64,000 bases of DNA from an uncultured Gammaproteobacteria bacterium (lineage in GTDB: Bacteria > Patescibacteriota > Microgenomatia > Daviesbacterales > UBA10151). This document shows positions 55,651 through 64,000 of this stretch, piece by piece (position 1 is the stretch's first letter; each line of letters opens with the position of its first letter). Below the pieces are notes generated by a model that saw only the letters and a program-made list of their open reading frames with translations, did no database searches and had not been told where the DNA came from. The DNA lies in the NCBI GenBank assembly GCA_964405655.1, contig CAYOOO010000004.1, positions 9,013 through 73,012 on the forward strand. Reading direction: 5' to 3'. The position numbers were made by a program, and so were the translations under genes.

Positions 55651-56100
55651 TCAGCTAAGTATCTTCTCATCAATCATAGCAAATAACATAAAAGAAATAA
55701 TCAGCGTAATCACCAACCCAAATGGGTCAAATAACCCAATATAGTTTCGCATTGGGACAAAAAAACTTTTAAAGACAAAAACGGATAGCAGCGTGGCTAT
55801 AAAGATTAGTAAGGCCAACAACACTTTTAAGAAAAAGTCAACCTTTTCTGAGTTGGTTTTTTTAAGAGCGTAACCCTGATTTATGAGATAGCTTTTGAGA
55901 ATCTGTCCCGCTGGTCCTTTTTCCTTAAGAAGATAGGAACAAGCAACGCACTTTTCAGTAGAAGTTAACTGATGCTCAATCTGTTTGACATGACTAGTAT
56001 CCTCAGACTTTAAAGCTTCAAACAGATCTATTAAATGGCTTTGACAGATATATAAACCCTTACCAGACGGGCTCTTCACTTCTTTTTCTTTTCTGCTCAT
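55651..56100 (-). CDS. Small membrane protein with N-terminal Cys/His cluster
   Basis: 149 aa. N-terminus has CQSH...CVAC, followed by two TM helices. Confidence 0.3.
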   Translation of the reverse strand: MSRKEKEVKSPSGKGLYICQSHLIDLFEALKSEDTSHVKQIEHQLTSTEKCVACSYLLKEKGPAGQILKSYLINQGYALKKTNSEKVDFFLKVLLALLIFIATLLSVFVFKSFFVPMRNYIGLFDPFGLVITLIISFMLFAMIDEKILS

Positions 56101-56137
56101 AACGTTTTATGTAATTAAAAATTGGGAAGAACTAAAG

Positions 56138-57598
56138 CTAGCTTACCCTCTCCTCAGGCTGTTTGATATTGGCAATCCTGGGAAACAGGAAGATAATTAT
56201 CAAAAAATAGATCAGGGTGGCTAAAGATAGGCTTTGAGCTACAGTAACAAAGGTCCTATCAGGACTTTGTGGTCTGGCTATACCACCAACTCCTAAAGCT
56301 TTTTGAACTAAAATTGGTGCCTCACTGACTTCTTTTTGGGCAGCCTTAACACTAAAGTAGCTACTCATTCCCAGCATTACAATCAGAGCAGTTGAGATTA
56401 GGATCAGGAATGAGAAGATAACTGTACTTTTGAGCCTAATCAAATAGTTTTTAATCAGAAACTGAGAAAGAGGAGTAAATAAGACTGCTACTGCAAAAGA
56501 GGTAGCTACAGAAAGTTCGATTAGATATCTTTCAGCAGTAAAAATCCCAGTCACTCTAAGGTTTTTACTAATCCAATAGAGGCCAAGATAGATCGATAGC
56601 ATGACAATTCCTAGGAAAAATGGCTGGAGTTTAACCCGGCGGTCAAAAATTAGATACAGAAGCGTTCCGACAACTGGAACCAGTGGTATAGTTATTGGCA
56701 AAGAACGAAGCAAACCATTTATTGCGAATTCAACATGTTTTAAGCTCATAATAGTCTGTAAGTTTGAGGGTAGATACCAAAAAAGAGAAAGCCCAAAGGC
56801 TGAAGCTACGACAAAGATTAGCCTGATAATTTTAACTTTTAAGTTTCCTTGAAAAATGCCAGCCACTGTCAGTATCAAATAAAGTATCATCAAGTTAAAT
56901 GTAGCAAAGGGGGAGATAATTGCTATTGCAGCAGTTCCTAAGGCTGTAGCAATACCAGCTGTAGATAAACCAGAGGATAAGAAAGACTGTAAACCTATTA
57001 AAAGCAGCGGAATAAAGGAGAAAGCTAAGGCATGAGCACCGTCGCCATTTAAGATTGCCCCAATCAAAGGTAATCCTTGTTTTAAAAAAGGATTTGGCAG
57101 GACAAATAGCAAAGTCGCCAAAAAAGCAATTGAATCATGTTTTAAAACATTTCTTCGAACAAACAGATAGAAGCTTAAAGGGGCTGTAGATAAAGCTAAG
57201 ACCGTCAGGACTAAGAAAAATTGGTACCTTGTCAATATATTCAACCCTTCAAGAAAATTAGATACCATCATCAAAGCTTGAGATGAGGCGAAAGCTGGAG
57301 TTAAGTTAAGCTGAAAAATGGGCATAACGAAAAAGAGATTAAGTACATAAATAGTTACTAAGAAGACCAGGCTGACTATGTTTAGATCTCCTCCCTCACT
57401 CCAAAGAAAGTTTTTCTCAATATTATTGGCAAAACTGGTATTACCAAGTCTATTGGAAAAACGAATACCTCTTTTTAGATCAGTTGTTAGATCTGGTTCT
57501 AAATTTTCAGGATTTGAACTATTATTTTGTTCAATCAGCTTAGGATCAGATACAGTTTGATCTTCCTTGACAGGAAGCGTTTTGGGCAGTTTTTTCAT
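56138..57598 (-). CDS. Polytopic integral membrane protein, hypothetical
   Basis: 486 aa with more than 10 TM helices and an N-terminal polar region. Confidence 0.35.
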   Translation of the reverse strand: MKKLPKTLPVKEDQTVSDPKLIEQNNSSNPENLEPDLTTDLKRGIRFSNRLGNTSFANNIEKNFLWSEGGDLNIVSLVFLVTIYVLNLFFVMPIFQLNLTPAFASSQALMMVSNFLEGLNILTRYQFFLVLTVLALSTAPLSFYLFVRRNVLKHDSIAFLATLLFVLPNPFLKQGLPLIGAILNGDGAHALAFSFIPLLLIGLQSFLSSGLSTAGIATALGTAAIAIISPFATFNLMILYLILTVAGIFQGNLKVKIIRLIFVVASAFGLSLFWYLPSNLQTIMSLKHVEFAINGLLRSLPITIPLVPVVGTLLYLIFDRRVKLQPFFLGIVMLSIYLGLYWISKNLRVTGIFTAERYLIELSVATSFAVAVLFTPLSQFLIKNYLIRLKSTVIFSFLILISTALIVMLGMSSYFSVKAAQKEVSEAPILVQKALGVGGIARPQSPDRTFVTVAQSLSLATLIYFLIIIFLFPRIANIKQPEERVS

Positions 57599-57658
57599 AA
57601 ATTTGAAGCTTACAACTAATCTTAGTCATATATTTTAGGAAATATCAATAGGTTATTT

Positions 57659-59491
57659 TCAATAGTCTTCTGTATCAACAGAGCTCTTTCTTAAAATTTT
57701 TGTTAACAAAGGATAGAAATAATCATAAAAAACAAATACAACAAACAATATCAAAAACAAAAACATGAGTGGTATTAACCAACTAACTCTAAAAAGCTGA
57801 AATTTTAATAAATAGTTTTGTTTTCCAGTTTGCTTGGGAATCAAAACCATATTACCAAGGCTATCTGAAGTAAGCTTGCCTTGACCAGATACAATATCCC
57901 AACCTGGATGGTAGGTTATAGCTAGAGAAATAATCTTACTTTTATCCAAATCTGCCTCAATCTCAATCTGGTTTGGTCTAAGAACTACCTGGTGCAAATT
58001 ATCTTTCAATTTTGATACATACTGATTTACCCTAATATTATCTGATCCATCTTTAGGAGGCTTTAAATTTAATAAACTTTTATCAGCAATCCTGACTAAG
58101 TTACCAGAGTCTAACTTAAATATAAAATCTCCTTGCTTATTACCAATAGTTTGCCAGTTTTTAAACTTATCAATAAATCTAAAATCTTTAAAATATTCCC
58201 TAGATTCTTCTTGATTAACCAAGATAAAATTTGTTCCTAAGGCTTCGAGCCACTTTTTAGATAGATCTCCATCTGCTTCTTCCCTGATTTGATAGGCAGC
58301 ATGACGCCAAAAAGGATGAACTGAAGCCTCATCCACTCCCCCTCTGAGCTGCATTAGATTTAATTTAGAATTTAGCCAAAATACAGCTGAACCTGAAGTA
58401 AATATCCGCTGATTAGCAGGCACATCTTTCAATAAACCCAGGATATCTTTCTGATAGGTTAAGTTTTTTGAATCTGTCCAAGTTTTAAATATTTGAAAAT
58501 AGATTAAAACTGACAGCCCAAAAACTAAAACCAAAGCTAATAAGCCCCATTTTTTAACTCTGTCCTTAGCAAAAAAACTAGATAAAATTAGTGCTAACCC
58601 AAACTGGATCTCGCTTGTAAAACTAATCCAATCTATCAAAAAATCAGGATCAGAAATAAATCTAAATAGGCTTAAGAACCCGAAAGCAGTTAGAAAGAAA
58701 AGACTAAATTTTGATAGAAAAGAAAGCTTGATCTTTTTTAGCTTGACTACCCACAAGGCAATTATTATTGGTAATAGGTTAAAAAGGAATGAAAAAATCA
58801 GTTTGATTAAAGAAAAAAGTGGCTTCCCACTCAAGGAAGGATTTTTTAAGATAGCCCACCAAACCTCGCTAGTATACCAAAAAGAGATAGTAACTAAGGC
58901 TAAACAAATTAGTAAAATTATTTTAAAAATTAGATATACTCTTAGGGATTTTTTAACTTCTATAGTTAGAAAAAGGCAGATTAAACCTATCAAAATAGTC
59001 AATAATGACGAAATATTAATTAATACAGCAAATACTACTAAAATATATAAATATAGATCATTTTTTAAGTTATTTTTAGTTAAAAAGTTACAAAATTGAT
59101 AAAAAATCCAGATAGAAACTGATAAAGCTATCATTTGCAAACCACTAGAAAAACTAAGCAAAAAGTAGCTTAAAGGAAGGGTTAAAAACAACACTTGTGC
59201 TAGTATTGATTGTCTTTTTTCTGCTCCTAACCTTTTTGTTAACTTGTATACTCCCAAACTTCCAAAGATTACAGCCAAAAACATCAAAATAAAATAGCCT
59301 GTGGTTGTATCAAGTCTTAATAAGCTTTTAAAAATCCATAAACTAATTGGTATAACTGGTCCAATTAAAAAGTTAAAGGGATTGCCAAGGTACCAGTTGG
59401 GATACCAGCTGAAGTCGGGAAAATTTTTAATAAAGAAGTCTGATAAAGCAATTACCGAGGGTATTAAGGATGTTTGGGGAATATTAAGCAT
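57659..59491 (-). CDS. Polytopic membrane protein, paralog of 53524..55650
   Basis: 610 aa. FWLNSKLNLMQLRGGVDEAS motif. C-terminal TM LIPLMFLFLILFVVFVF. Confidence 0.45.
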   Translation of the reverse strand: MLNIPQTSLIPSVIALSDFFIKNFPDFSWYPNWYLGNPFNFLIGPVIPISLWIFKSLLRLDTTTGYFILMFLAVIFGSLGVYKLTKRLGAEKRQSILAQVLFLTLPLSYFLLSFSSGLQMIALSVSIWIFYQFCNFLTKNNLKNDLYLYILVVFAVLINISSLLTILIGLICLFLTIEVKKSLRVYLIFKIILLICLALVTISFWYTSEVWWAILKNPSLSGKPLFSLIKLIFSFLFNLLPIIIALWVVKLKKIKLSFLSKFSLFFLTAFGFLSLFRFISDPDFLIDWISFTSEIQFGLALILSSFFAKDRVKKWGLLALVLVFGLSVLIYFQIFKTWTDSKNLTYQKDILGLLKDVPANQRIFTSGSAVFWLNSKLNLMQLRGGVDEASVHPFWRHAAYQIREEADGDLSKKWLEALGTNFILVNQEESREYFKDFRFIDKFKNWQTIGNKQGDFIFKLDSGNLVRIADKSLLNLKPPKDGSDNIRVNQYVSKLKDNLHQVVLRPNQIEIEADLDKSKIISLAITYHPGWDIVSGQGKLTSDSLGNMVLIPKQTGKQNYLLKFQLFRVSWLIPLMFLFLILFVVFVFYDYFYPLLTKILRKSSVDTEDY

Positions 59492-60089
59492 TGAACTTCG
59501 CCTCTTCTAAGTTTTTCTTCTCTTCCAGAACAAATGAGTAGCTGAACCACCAAAATAGGAACAACCAACCTACTATAGCCAGCGTTGACCCCCAATCATG
59601 AAAGATAATCCCAACTCTTTGTCCGAAAAAATAGGCTATTAGTACTACAACTACTATTCTTATAAGATTAATAAGAAAGGTGCCTAAAAGCCCAATCAGC
59701 CAGGCCTTGACCTTAGAAATATTAGTGTATTTTTCGCCTTGAAAACCTATCCAGCCTGTCATGATAAAAAACAGCAGCGACTGCCAGCCAATACAGTTCC
59801 AAGCCAGCTCAATTAGAAAAGGACTTTTACCTGAGTTAATCGCTAAATACTCCCCGACTACCTCAGGTTTAAAACCAAGCGGGTAAAGTATCACGCCAAC
59901 CATTCTGATCTCCCAGGGAACAACAATGTTTTGAATAACTTTATAGTAATCAAGCCTAATAACCATTCTGGTTAAAAGATCATTAAATGTATTCATAAAA
60001 GGCAAAATAACCAGCATCAAAACCAGGATTAAAAAGATATAGAGGAAAGTCTGTTTTTGATTATTAGCTTTTACTAGTCTTTTTTCCAT
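59484..60089 (-). CDS. Exosortase/archaeosortase-family-like intramembrane protein (candidate sorting transpeptidase)
   Basis: 201 aa with about 6 TM helices. Membrane-embedded AWNCIGWQSL (a C-x-G-x-x-S-L block like the catalytic Cys block) and, 45 residues later, FLINLIRIVVV (N-x-x-R-I, like the conserved Asn/Arg block). Confidence 0.4.
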   Translation of the reverse strand: MEKRLVKANNQKQTFLYIFLILVLMLVILPFMNTFNDLLTRMVIRLDYYKVIQNIVVPWEIRMVGVILYPLGFKPEVVGEYLAINSGKSPFLIELAWNCIGWQSLLFFIMTGWIGFQGEKYTNISKVKAWLIGLLGTFLINLIRIVVVVLIAYFFGQRVGIIFHDWGSTLAIVGWLFLFWWFSYSFVLEEKKNLEEAKFNA

Positions 60090-60092
60090 ATT

Positions 60093-60953
60093 TTAAGGTT
60101 TTGAAAGAGTTAGATCTTCGATTGGACCAATAAAAATACTGTTATTTTTTCTGGTGGCAATTCGCTCAGGATTCGTCTCAACCTTTAAAACTCCGTTAAT
60201 AAAGATCTTCTTGACCCTCTTCTCACCTGTAAAATCCCAGGTCAGGGTAACCTCGAATGTTTTACCCTGATAATCTGATCCTAAATCTGCATCCGGTTCC
60301 GGATCATCTGATCCTGAATGACCGTTATTATCATAGGTATCAAAAACTAAAAGTCTCCCTGAACCTGCAATAATAAATGCACCCCTGTTATCAGAGTTAT
60401 TATAGCTTGCCAAAACCAAGGTTCTATCTTTATCCCCTCCCTCAATAGGCCAATCAGCTTTAACGCTAAATTTAATAGTGCCTTGTTTAATATTAAACAT
60501 TTCATTCCCGCTGTAGGCTTTCAAATTACCAATATCCTTAATACCAAATAACTGAATCTGCTCCCGACGAGGCTGGAAATCATCCGGGACTGTAAAGTTA
60601 TTAGCTAGGCTTTGGGATAGTTCAGATTGCTCTTCTTTTTTAACGCCACCTTGATTGTTTTGGACAGAAGAAGATGGTCTAGGGGTTGATTTTGCTGATG
60701 AATCGGTTGCACTCTTGGCTGAGGAGGTACTGTTTGGTAGATTTTGACCCTTATCTAATAATTGACTGTCTAAGAATTCTCTTGGGACTGACGGGTTTTT
60801 AATTCCTAATAAAACTCCAACAAAAACTATTATTGCCATTATATCAATCACCATCAAAAGTCTCTTAATTTTTTTGGAAGTCAAAAAGTTAGCTTTTTGA
60901 TAGTTTAAATTAGGTTTTTGATGTTTAAAATGTTTTTGGCTAAAATTTGTCAT
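60093..60953 (-). CDS. N-terminally anchored extracytoplasmic protein with Ser/Thr-rich linker
   Basis: 286 aa. TM MVIDIMAIIVFVGVLLGI, then a low-complexity STSSAKSATDSSAKSTPRPSSS linker and a beta-rich domain. Confidence 0.35.
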   Translation of the reverse strand: MTNFSQKHFKHQKPNLNYQKANFLTSKKIKRLLMVIDIMAIIVFVGVLLGIKNPSVPREFLDSQLLDKGQNLPNSTSSAKSATDSSAKSTPRPSSSVQNNQGGVKKEEQSELSQSLANNFTVPDDFQPRREQIQLFGIKDIGNLKAYSGNEMFNIKQGTIKFSVKADWPIEGGDKDRTLVLASYNNSDNRGAFIIAGSGRLLVFDTYDNNGHSGSDDPEPDADLGSDYQGKTFEVTLTWDFTGEKRVKKIFINGVLKVETNPERIATRKNNSIFIGPIEDLTLSKP

Positions 60954-63900
60954 AATCTTTTACTCTCCCTTAATTTCTTTAGTAAGCCTGGTAAAAACGG
61001 CACCAGAAGCACCAAAACCAAGGTTTTTTCTGGCAAAGTACCAAACTCAAAGTTAGACCCCTGCCTAAGTACCACACCGATCTGGCTAGTCCCGTAGCCA
61101 GACAGAGGCCCTGAGATATTACCTAAATCTCCGGCCGTAAATTTATAAGAGTATGTTGATCCCCAAGAGATTGAGCTGGCAGCGCTGTCAATAAAATAGG
61201 CCTGCTCACTGGTATCCATAATTCCATGGGCATAGATCCTGGTATTTTGAGAATCATAAGTTAGGGAAACCTGGGTTAGGTTAGTCTGGCTGGTAAAAGG
61301 GGCTGTTAAACTGGTAACTGAAGGGAAGGCATTGGTGGTTGTGACATCGGCAAATTGAACAGTTGGTACTCCGGCGCTATCTGTATCGTAATAAGCAAAT
61401 TTACAATCTGTACTGCTTGGACAATAGACTGCTCCTTTAAATCTGGGGCCGGGCATGGCTTGAACTGATCCAGAAGAACAGCCGGCATTATCGCAATCTA
61501 CAAAATTAAGTCCGTAGTCATTGATATCTGAAATATAGGTTAATTTGCAATCAGTGGCAGACGAACAATACATCGAGACAGAGGGGTAATTATTGACATC
61601 TTGCTTAGCACTATTTGGCCCATCATCAATATCTCCAGCCGTACTATCAATCGTTGTAACAGAATCAGTTGCAGAACAAGTAGTCGTGCTGGTAGAGCAA
61701 TCTATAAAGAAAACATCGCTAGTACTGGGATCATTATAGACAATTTTGCAGTCAGAGGAAGCAAAACACTTGATTGACATAGCCACTGAGTTATCTACCC
61801 CTCCAACAGACGCATCCAAGGTTGTGCTTGTGCCTGTTGAGCAGCCAGCATTACCGCAGTCCCTAAAAATTAAATCCGAACTAGCCTGAGTGTGCCAGAC
61901 TAATTTGCAGTCAGTTACTCCCAAGTTACAATCCATCGAGACAAAAACTCTAGCAGCGCCGGCGTTCCCATCAACGTCAGTTGTGGCATTAGGCACGCTG
62001 CAAGATCCATCATTGCAATCAAGGAAGGTGACATCATTTGTGACAGGATCATTATATAAAACCCGGCAATCTGTACTTCCGCCTGTACAATCAACATCAC
62101 TATGGGAAGTATCAGCCGCCCCTCCTAAATCACTATCAAGCGTGCTGGTAGCGTCTGTAGTCGAACAAGCTGAATTTGAACAATCAATCATTTTTAGTAA
62201 AGGGGTGGCTGTATCCATGTCATCACCATAGACAACTTTGCAGTCTGTGCTTGAGACGCACCAGATTGAGGGATTGGCAGCATCAGAAGAATCACCAATA
62301 TCAGAATCTAGCGTTGTGGTAGTGCCTGTTGAACAAGTTGCATCATCACAATCCCTAAAAATCAGCTTAGGGGCGGTTGTGTCCAAATCATCTGTATAAA
62401 CAAACTTACAGTCAGTAGCTGACACGCAGTACATATCAATATCTGATAAACCATCATAACCAATTGCTCCTGTATCGCTGTCGATTGAGGTCTCGGTAAA
62501 ATCAGTTGTGCAGCATTTATAAAAATTGGTCGAGGTTGTGCCTGAGACTGATAAAACCCAGACAGTTGTTCCATCGGTGGTGACAGAGTAAACATTATCT
62601 GTCACTGAGGCGATGGTTAGATTGTTAGTTGTCCAATCAACTGTTCTGGCATTTAACTCAGAGTAAGATAGATCTCCGTCCTGAAAAACCATCCCAACTC
62701 TGGAAGCACCATCAATGTTTATTACCACTGGCCGATCACTGGCTGTTAGACCATTACCAAAGGTAATCAGAGAGGTGGTGACAGCAGTAGAAGTACAAGT
62801 TCCGTCAAGTCCAGTCACATAATTGACTCCAACAGAGGTTCCTGTTGAGGTATCAGAGTAAGCCATCACTGCAGTCCTCCCATCCACAGCTACCACACTA
62901 GGCATATAGGTTGTGCCCAGCGAGGATGCGACAATAGTACATTTTGTACCTAAGGCATCTGAAGCAGCTAAATCAATTATCTTGCCCTCAATACCAGTAG
63001 TGGTTGTCGAGTCCTGCCAAACAGCAACTATGCTTGAAGCGTTATAGGAGACCGAAATGTTATTATTATCTGCATCTGCTGAATCAATATCAACAGCTGC
63101 TGCCCAGCTCGAGCCACCATTAGTAGATTTTTTATAAGAAACGCTTTGACCGTCAGCATAAAAGGCATACCAGTTAATTGTCCCTGAAAGATCTGTGTAA
63201 TAAATCTTCATCGAGATATAGTCAACAGAGGCGGTATTTGTTCCCTTAGTCCCTGAGGTATCTCGATAGGAAAATCCAATTCCAAAATTGGCATTAGTCA
63301 CATCTGATCTGCTCAAACTCACCCCCCAAAGCTGTTTGTTGCCTCCATAGGTGATAGTAGCCTCAGTTGTAGGTATAGCTGCGTTAGTACTTTTATCATC
63401 GCCAACTAACCTTCCCGCCTTGTATAGCCTGATAGAATTCTCCTGTAAACCAGCTGCAGCTGCTTTCCTCTCGACATTGACCTCGATACCATCAATTACC
63501 GCAGTCGATGGTATAGTGGAGAAATCAAAGTTAGTCACCTTAAGATAGCCTGATGTGTATTGACCGGCAGTAGTGACCACGGCTGTTGCATAAGTATTAT
63601 TACTAGATATAGCGTTAGAGGGATTGGTCCAAGAGACGTACCCGATAGTTCGATCGCTCTCAAAACTAGCTCCGGCAATATGTCCAACTGTACCTGTAGA
63701 AGAAGAGACTGCTACCACCTTCCTTTGCATGCTGCCATAGCTAGTTTCCCCCTCAGTAATTCCGCCTGAAACTATGACTGTTGGGTCAATCACGATTGGA
63801 AATTCTCTCTTGCTTTCTTTTAACCATTCTAAGGCTTTCCTATTGATATGCTTTGTTAGCTTATAACCAAGCTGCTGTTTTTCCATAGTGATAGAAAGAT

Positions 63901-64000
63901 CATTATTTTTAACTTGTTTGGCATCTTGGGCAAAAGGAGCGGCATATTTGAAAATCTCTTGACCATCTTCGGTAAAGATCCCGAAGGTATCAGGCCTATC
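60950..64000 (-). CDS. Large surface protein with tandem four-cysteine repeats and a C-terminal LPEKT-TM-basic sorting-signal-like tail (5' end outside window)
   Basis: The reading frame stays open upstream of the first ATG (63886) to the window edge. There are about 7 repeats of C-x4-DCK-x15-18-DC-x4-C. C-terminus is TLPEKTLVLVLLVPFLPGLLKKLRESKRL. Confidence 0.6.
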   Translation of the reverse strand, partial: DRPDTFGIFTEDGQEIFKYAAPFAQDAKQVKNNDLSITMEKQQLGYKLTKHINRKALEWLKESKREFPIVIDPTVIVSGGITEGETSYGSMQRKVVAVSSSTGTVGHIAGASFESDRTIGYVSWTNPSNAISSNNTYATAVVTTAGQYTSGYLKVTNFDFSTIPSTAVIDGIEVNVERKAAAAGLQENSIRLYKAGRLVGDDKSTNAAIPTTEATITYGGNKQLWGVSLSRSDVTNANFGIGFSYRDTSGTKGTNTASVDYISMKIYYTDLSGTINWYAFYADGQSVSYKKSTNGGSSWAAAVDIDSADADNNNISVSYNASSIVAVWQDSTTTTGIEGKIIDLAASDALGTKCTIVASSLGTTYMPSVVAVDGRTAVMAYSDTSTGTSVGVNYVTGLDGTCTSTAVTTSLITFGNGLTASDRPVVINIDGASRVGMVFQDGDLSYSELNARTVDWTTNNLTIASVTDNVYSVTTDGTTVWVLSVSGTTSTNFYKCCTTDFTETSIDSDTGAIGYDGLSDIDMYCVSATDCKFVYTDDLDTTAPKLIFRDCDDATCSTGTTTTLDSDIGDSSDAANPSIWCVSSTDCKVVYGDDMDTATPLLKMIDCSNSACSTTDATSTLDSDLGGAADTSHSDVDCTGGSTDCRVLYNDPVTNDVTFLDCNDGSCSVPNATTDVDGNAGAARVFVSMDCNLGVTDCKLVWHTQASSDLIFRDCGNAGCSTGTSTTLDASVGGVDNSVAMSIKCFASSDCKIVYNDPSTSDVFFIDCSTSTTTCSATDSVTTIDSTAGDIDDGPNSAKQDVNNYPSVSMYCSSATDCKLTYISDINDYGLNFVDCDNAGCSSGSVQAMPGPRFKGAVYCPSSTDCKFAYYDTDSAGVPTVQFADVTTTNAFPSVTSLTAPFTSQTNLTQVSLTYDSQNTRIYAHGIMDTSEQAYFIDSAASSISWGSTYSYKFTAGDLGNISGPLSGYGTSQIGVVLRQGSNFEFGTLPEKTLVLVLLVPFLPGLLKKLRESKRL

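Overview
This is a low-GC (roughly one-third GC by eye) bacterial chromosomal segment, very gene-dense, with short or overlapping gene junctions. The rarity of classical LPS/peptidoglycan-type genes, a Rho with a disordered N-terminus, and a huge expansion of GT-C type membrane proteins are reminiscent of Patescibacteria/CPR-like or other streamlined monoderm genomes; that is inference only.

Left part (1-17.4 kb): housekeeping and accessory genes.
- ASST-like beta-propeller (5' partial), a solute-binding protein with a Tat signal, an SDR epimerase and a PaaK/CapK-like adenylating enzyme.
- Two tRNA-Ala genes (anticodons CGC and GGC, both with the G3:U70 identity pair) bracketing two genes.
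- A histidine phosphatase, a class-A beta-lactamase-like serine hydrolase, a LysM-M23 peptidase and rho.
- A repeat-rich surface protein ending in LPKTG + TM + basic tail.
- Two compositionally odd, GC-richer genes around a ~900-bp AT-rich non-coding region that carries two perfect DnaA-box 9-mers, three perfect palindromes and a bidirectional terminator.

Middle part (17.5-59.5 kb): a ~42-kb glycan / cell-envelope modification mega-locus.
- At least 10 GT2 and 6 GT4 glycosyltransferases, including one double-GT4 fusion.
- Five SAM methyltransferases and an RmlD-like reductase.
- A Wzx flippase, an SGNH hydrolase and a carbamoyltransferase with its SxtJ-like and DUF5989-like small partners.
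- At least eight polytopic GT-C-like membrane proteins, including two tandem ~1000-aa paralogs and two further related ~600-700-aa paralogs.

Right end (59.5-64 kb): the most unusual element.
- A >1000-aa protein (5' end outside the window) with about seven tandem ~50-aa four-cysteine repeats, ending in an LPEKT + TM + KKLRESKRL tripartite sorting-signal-like tail.
- Two genes downstream lies a 201-aa multi-TM protein whose C-x-G...N-x-x-R-I motif spacing resembles the exosortase/archaeosortase family.
- Together with two other C-terminally anchored proteins in the window (LPKTG... and PEIPG-TM-RRRR), this suggests an uncharacterised surface-protein sorting system.

No rRNA, CRISPR, transposase or integrase was recognised.
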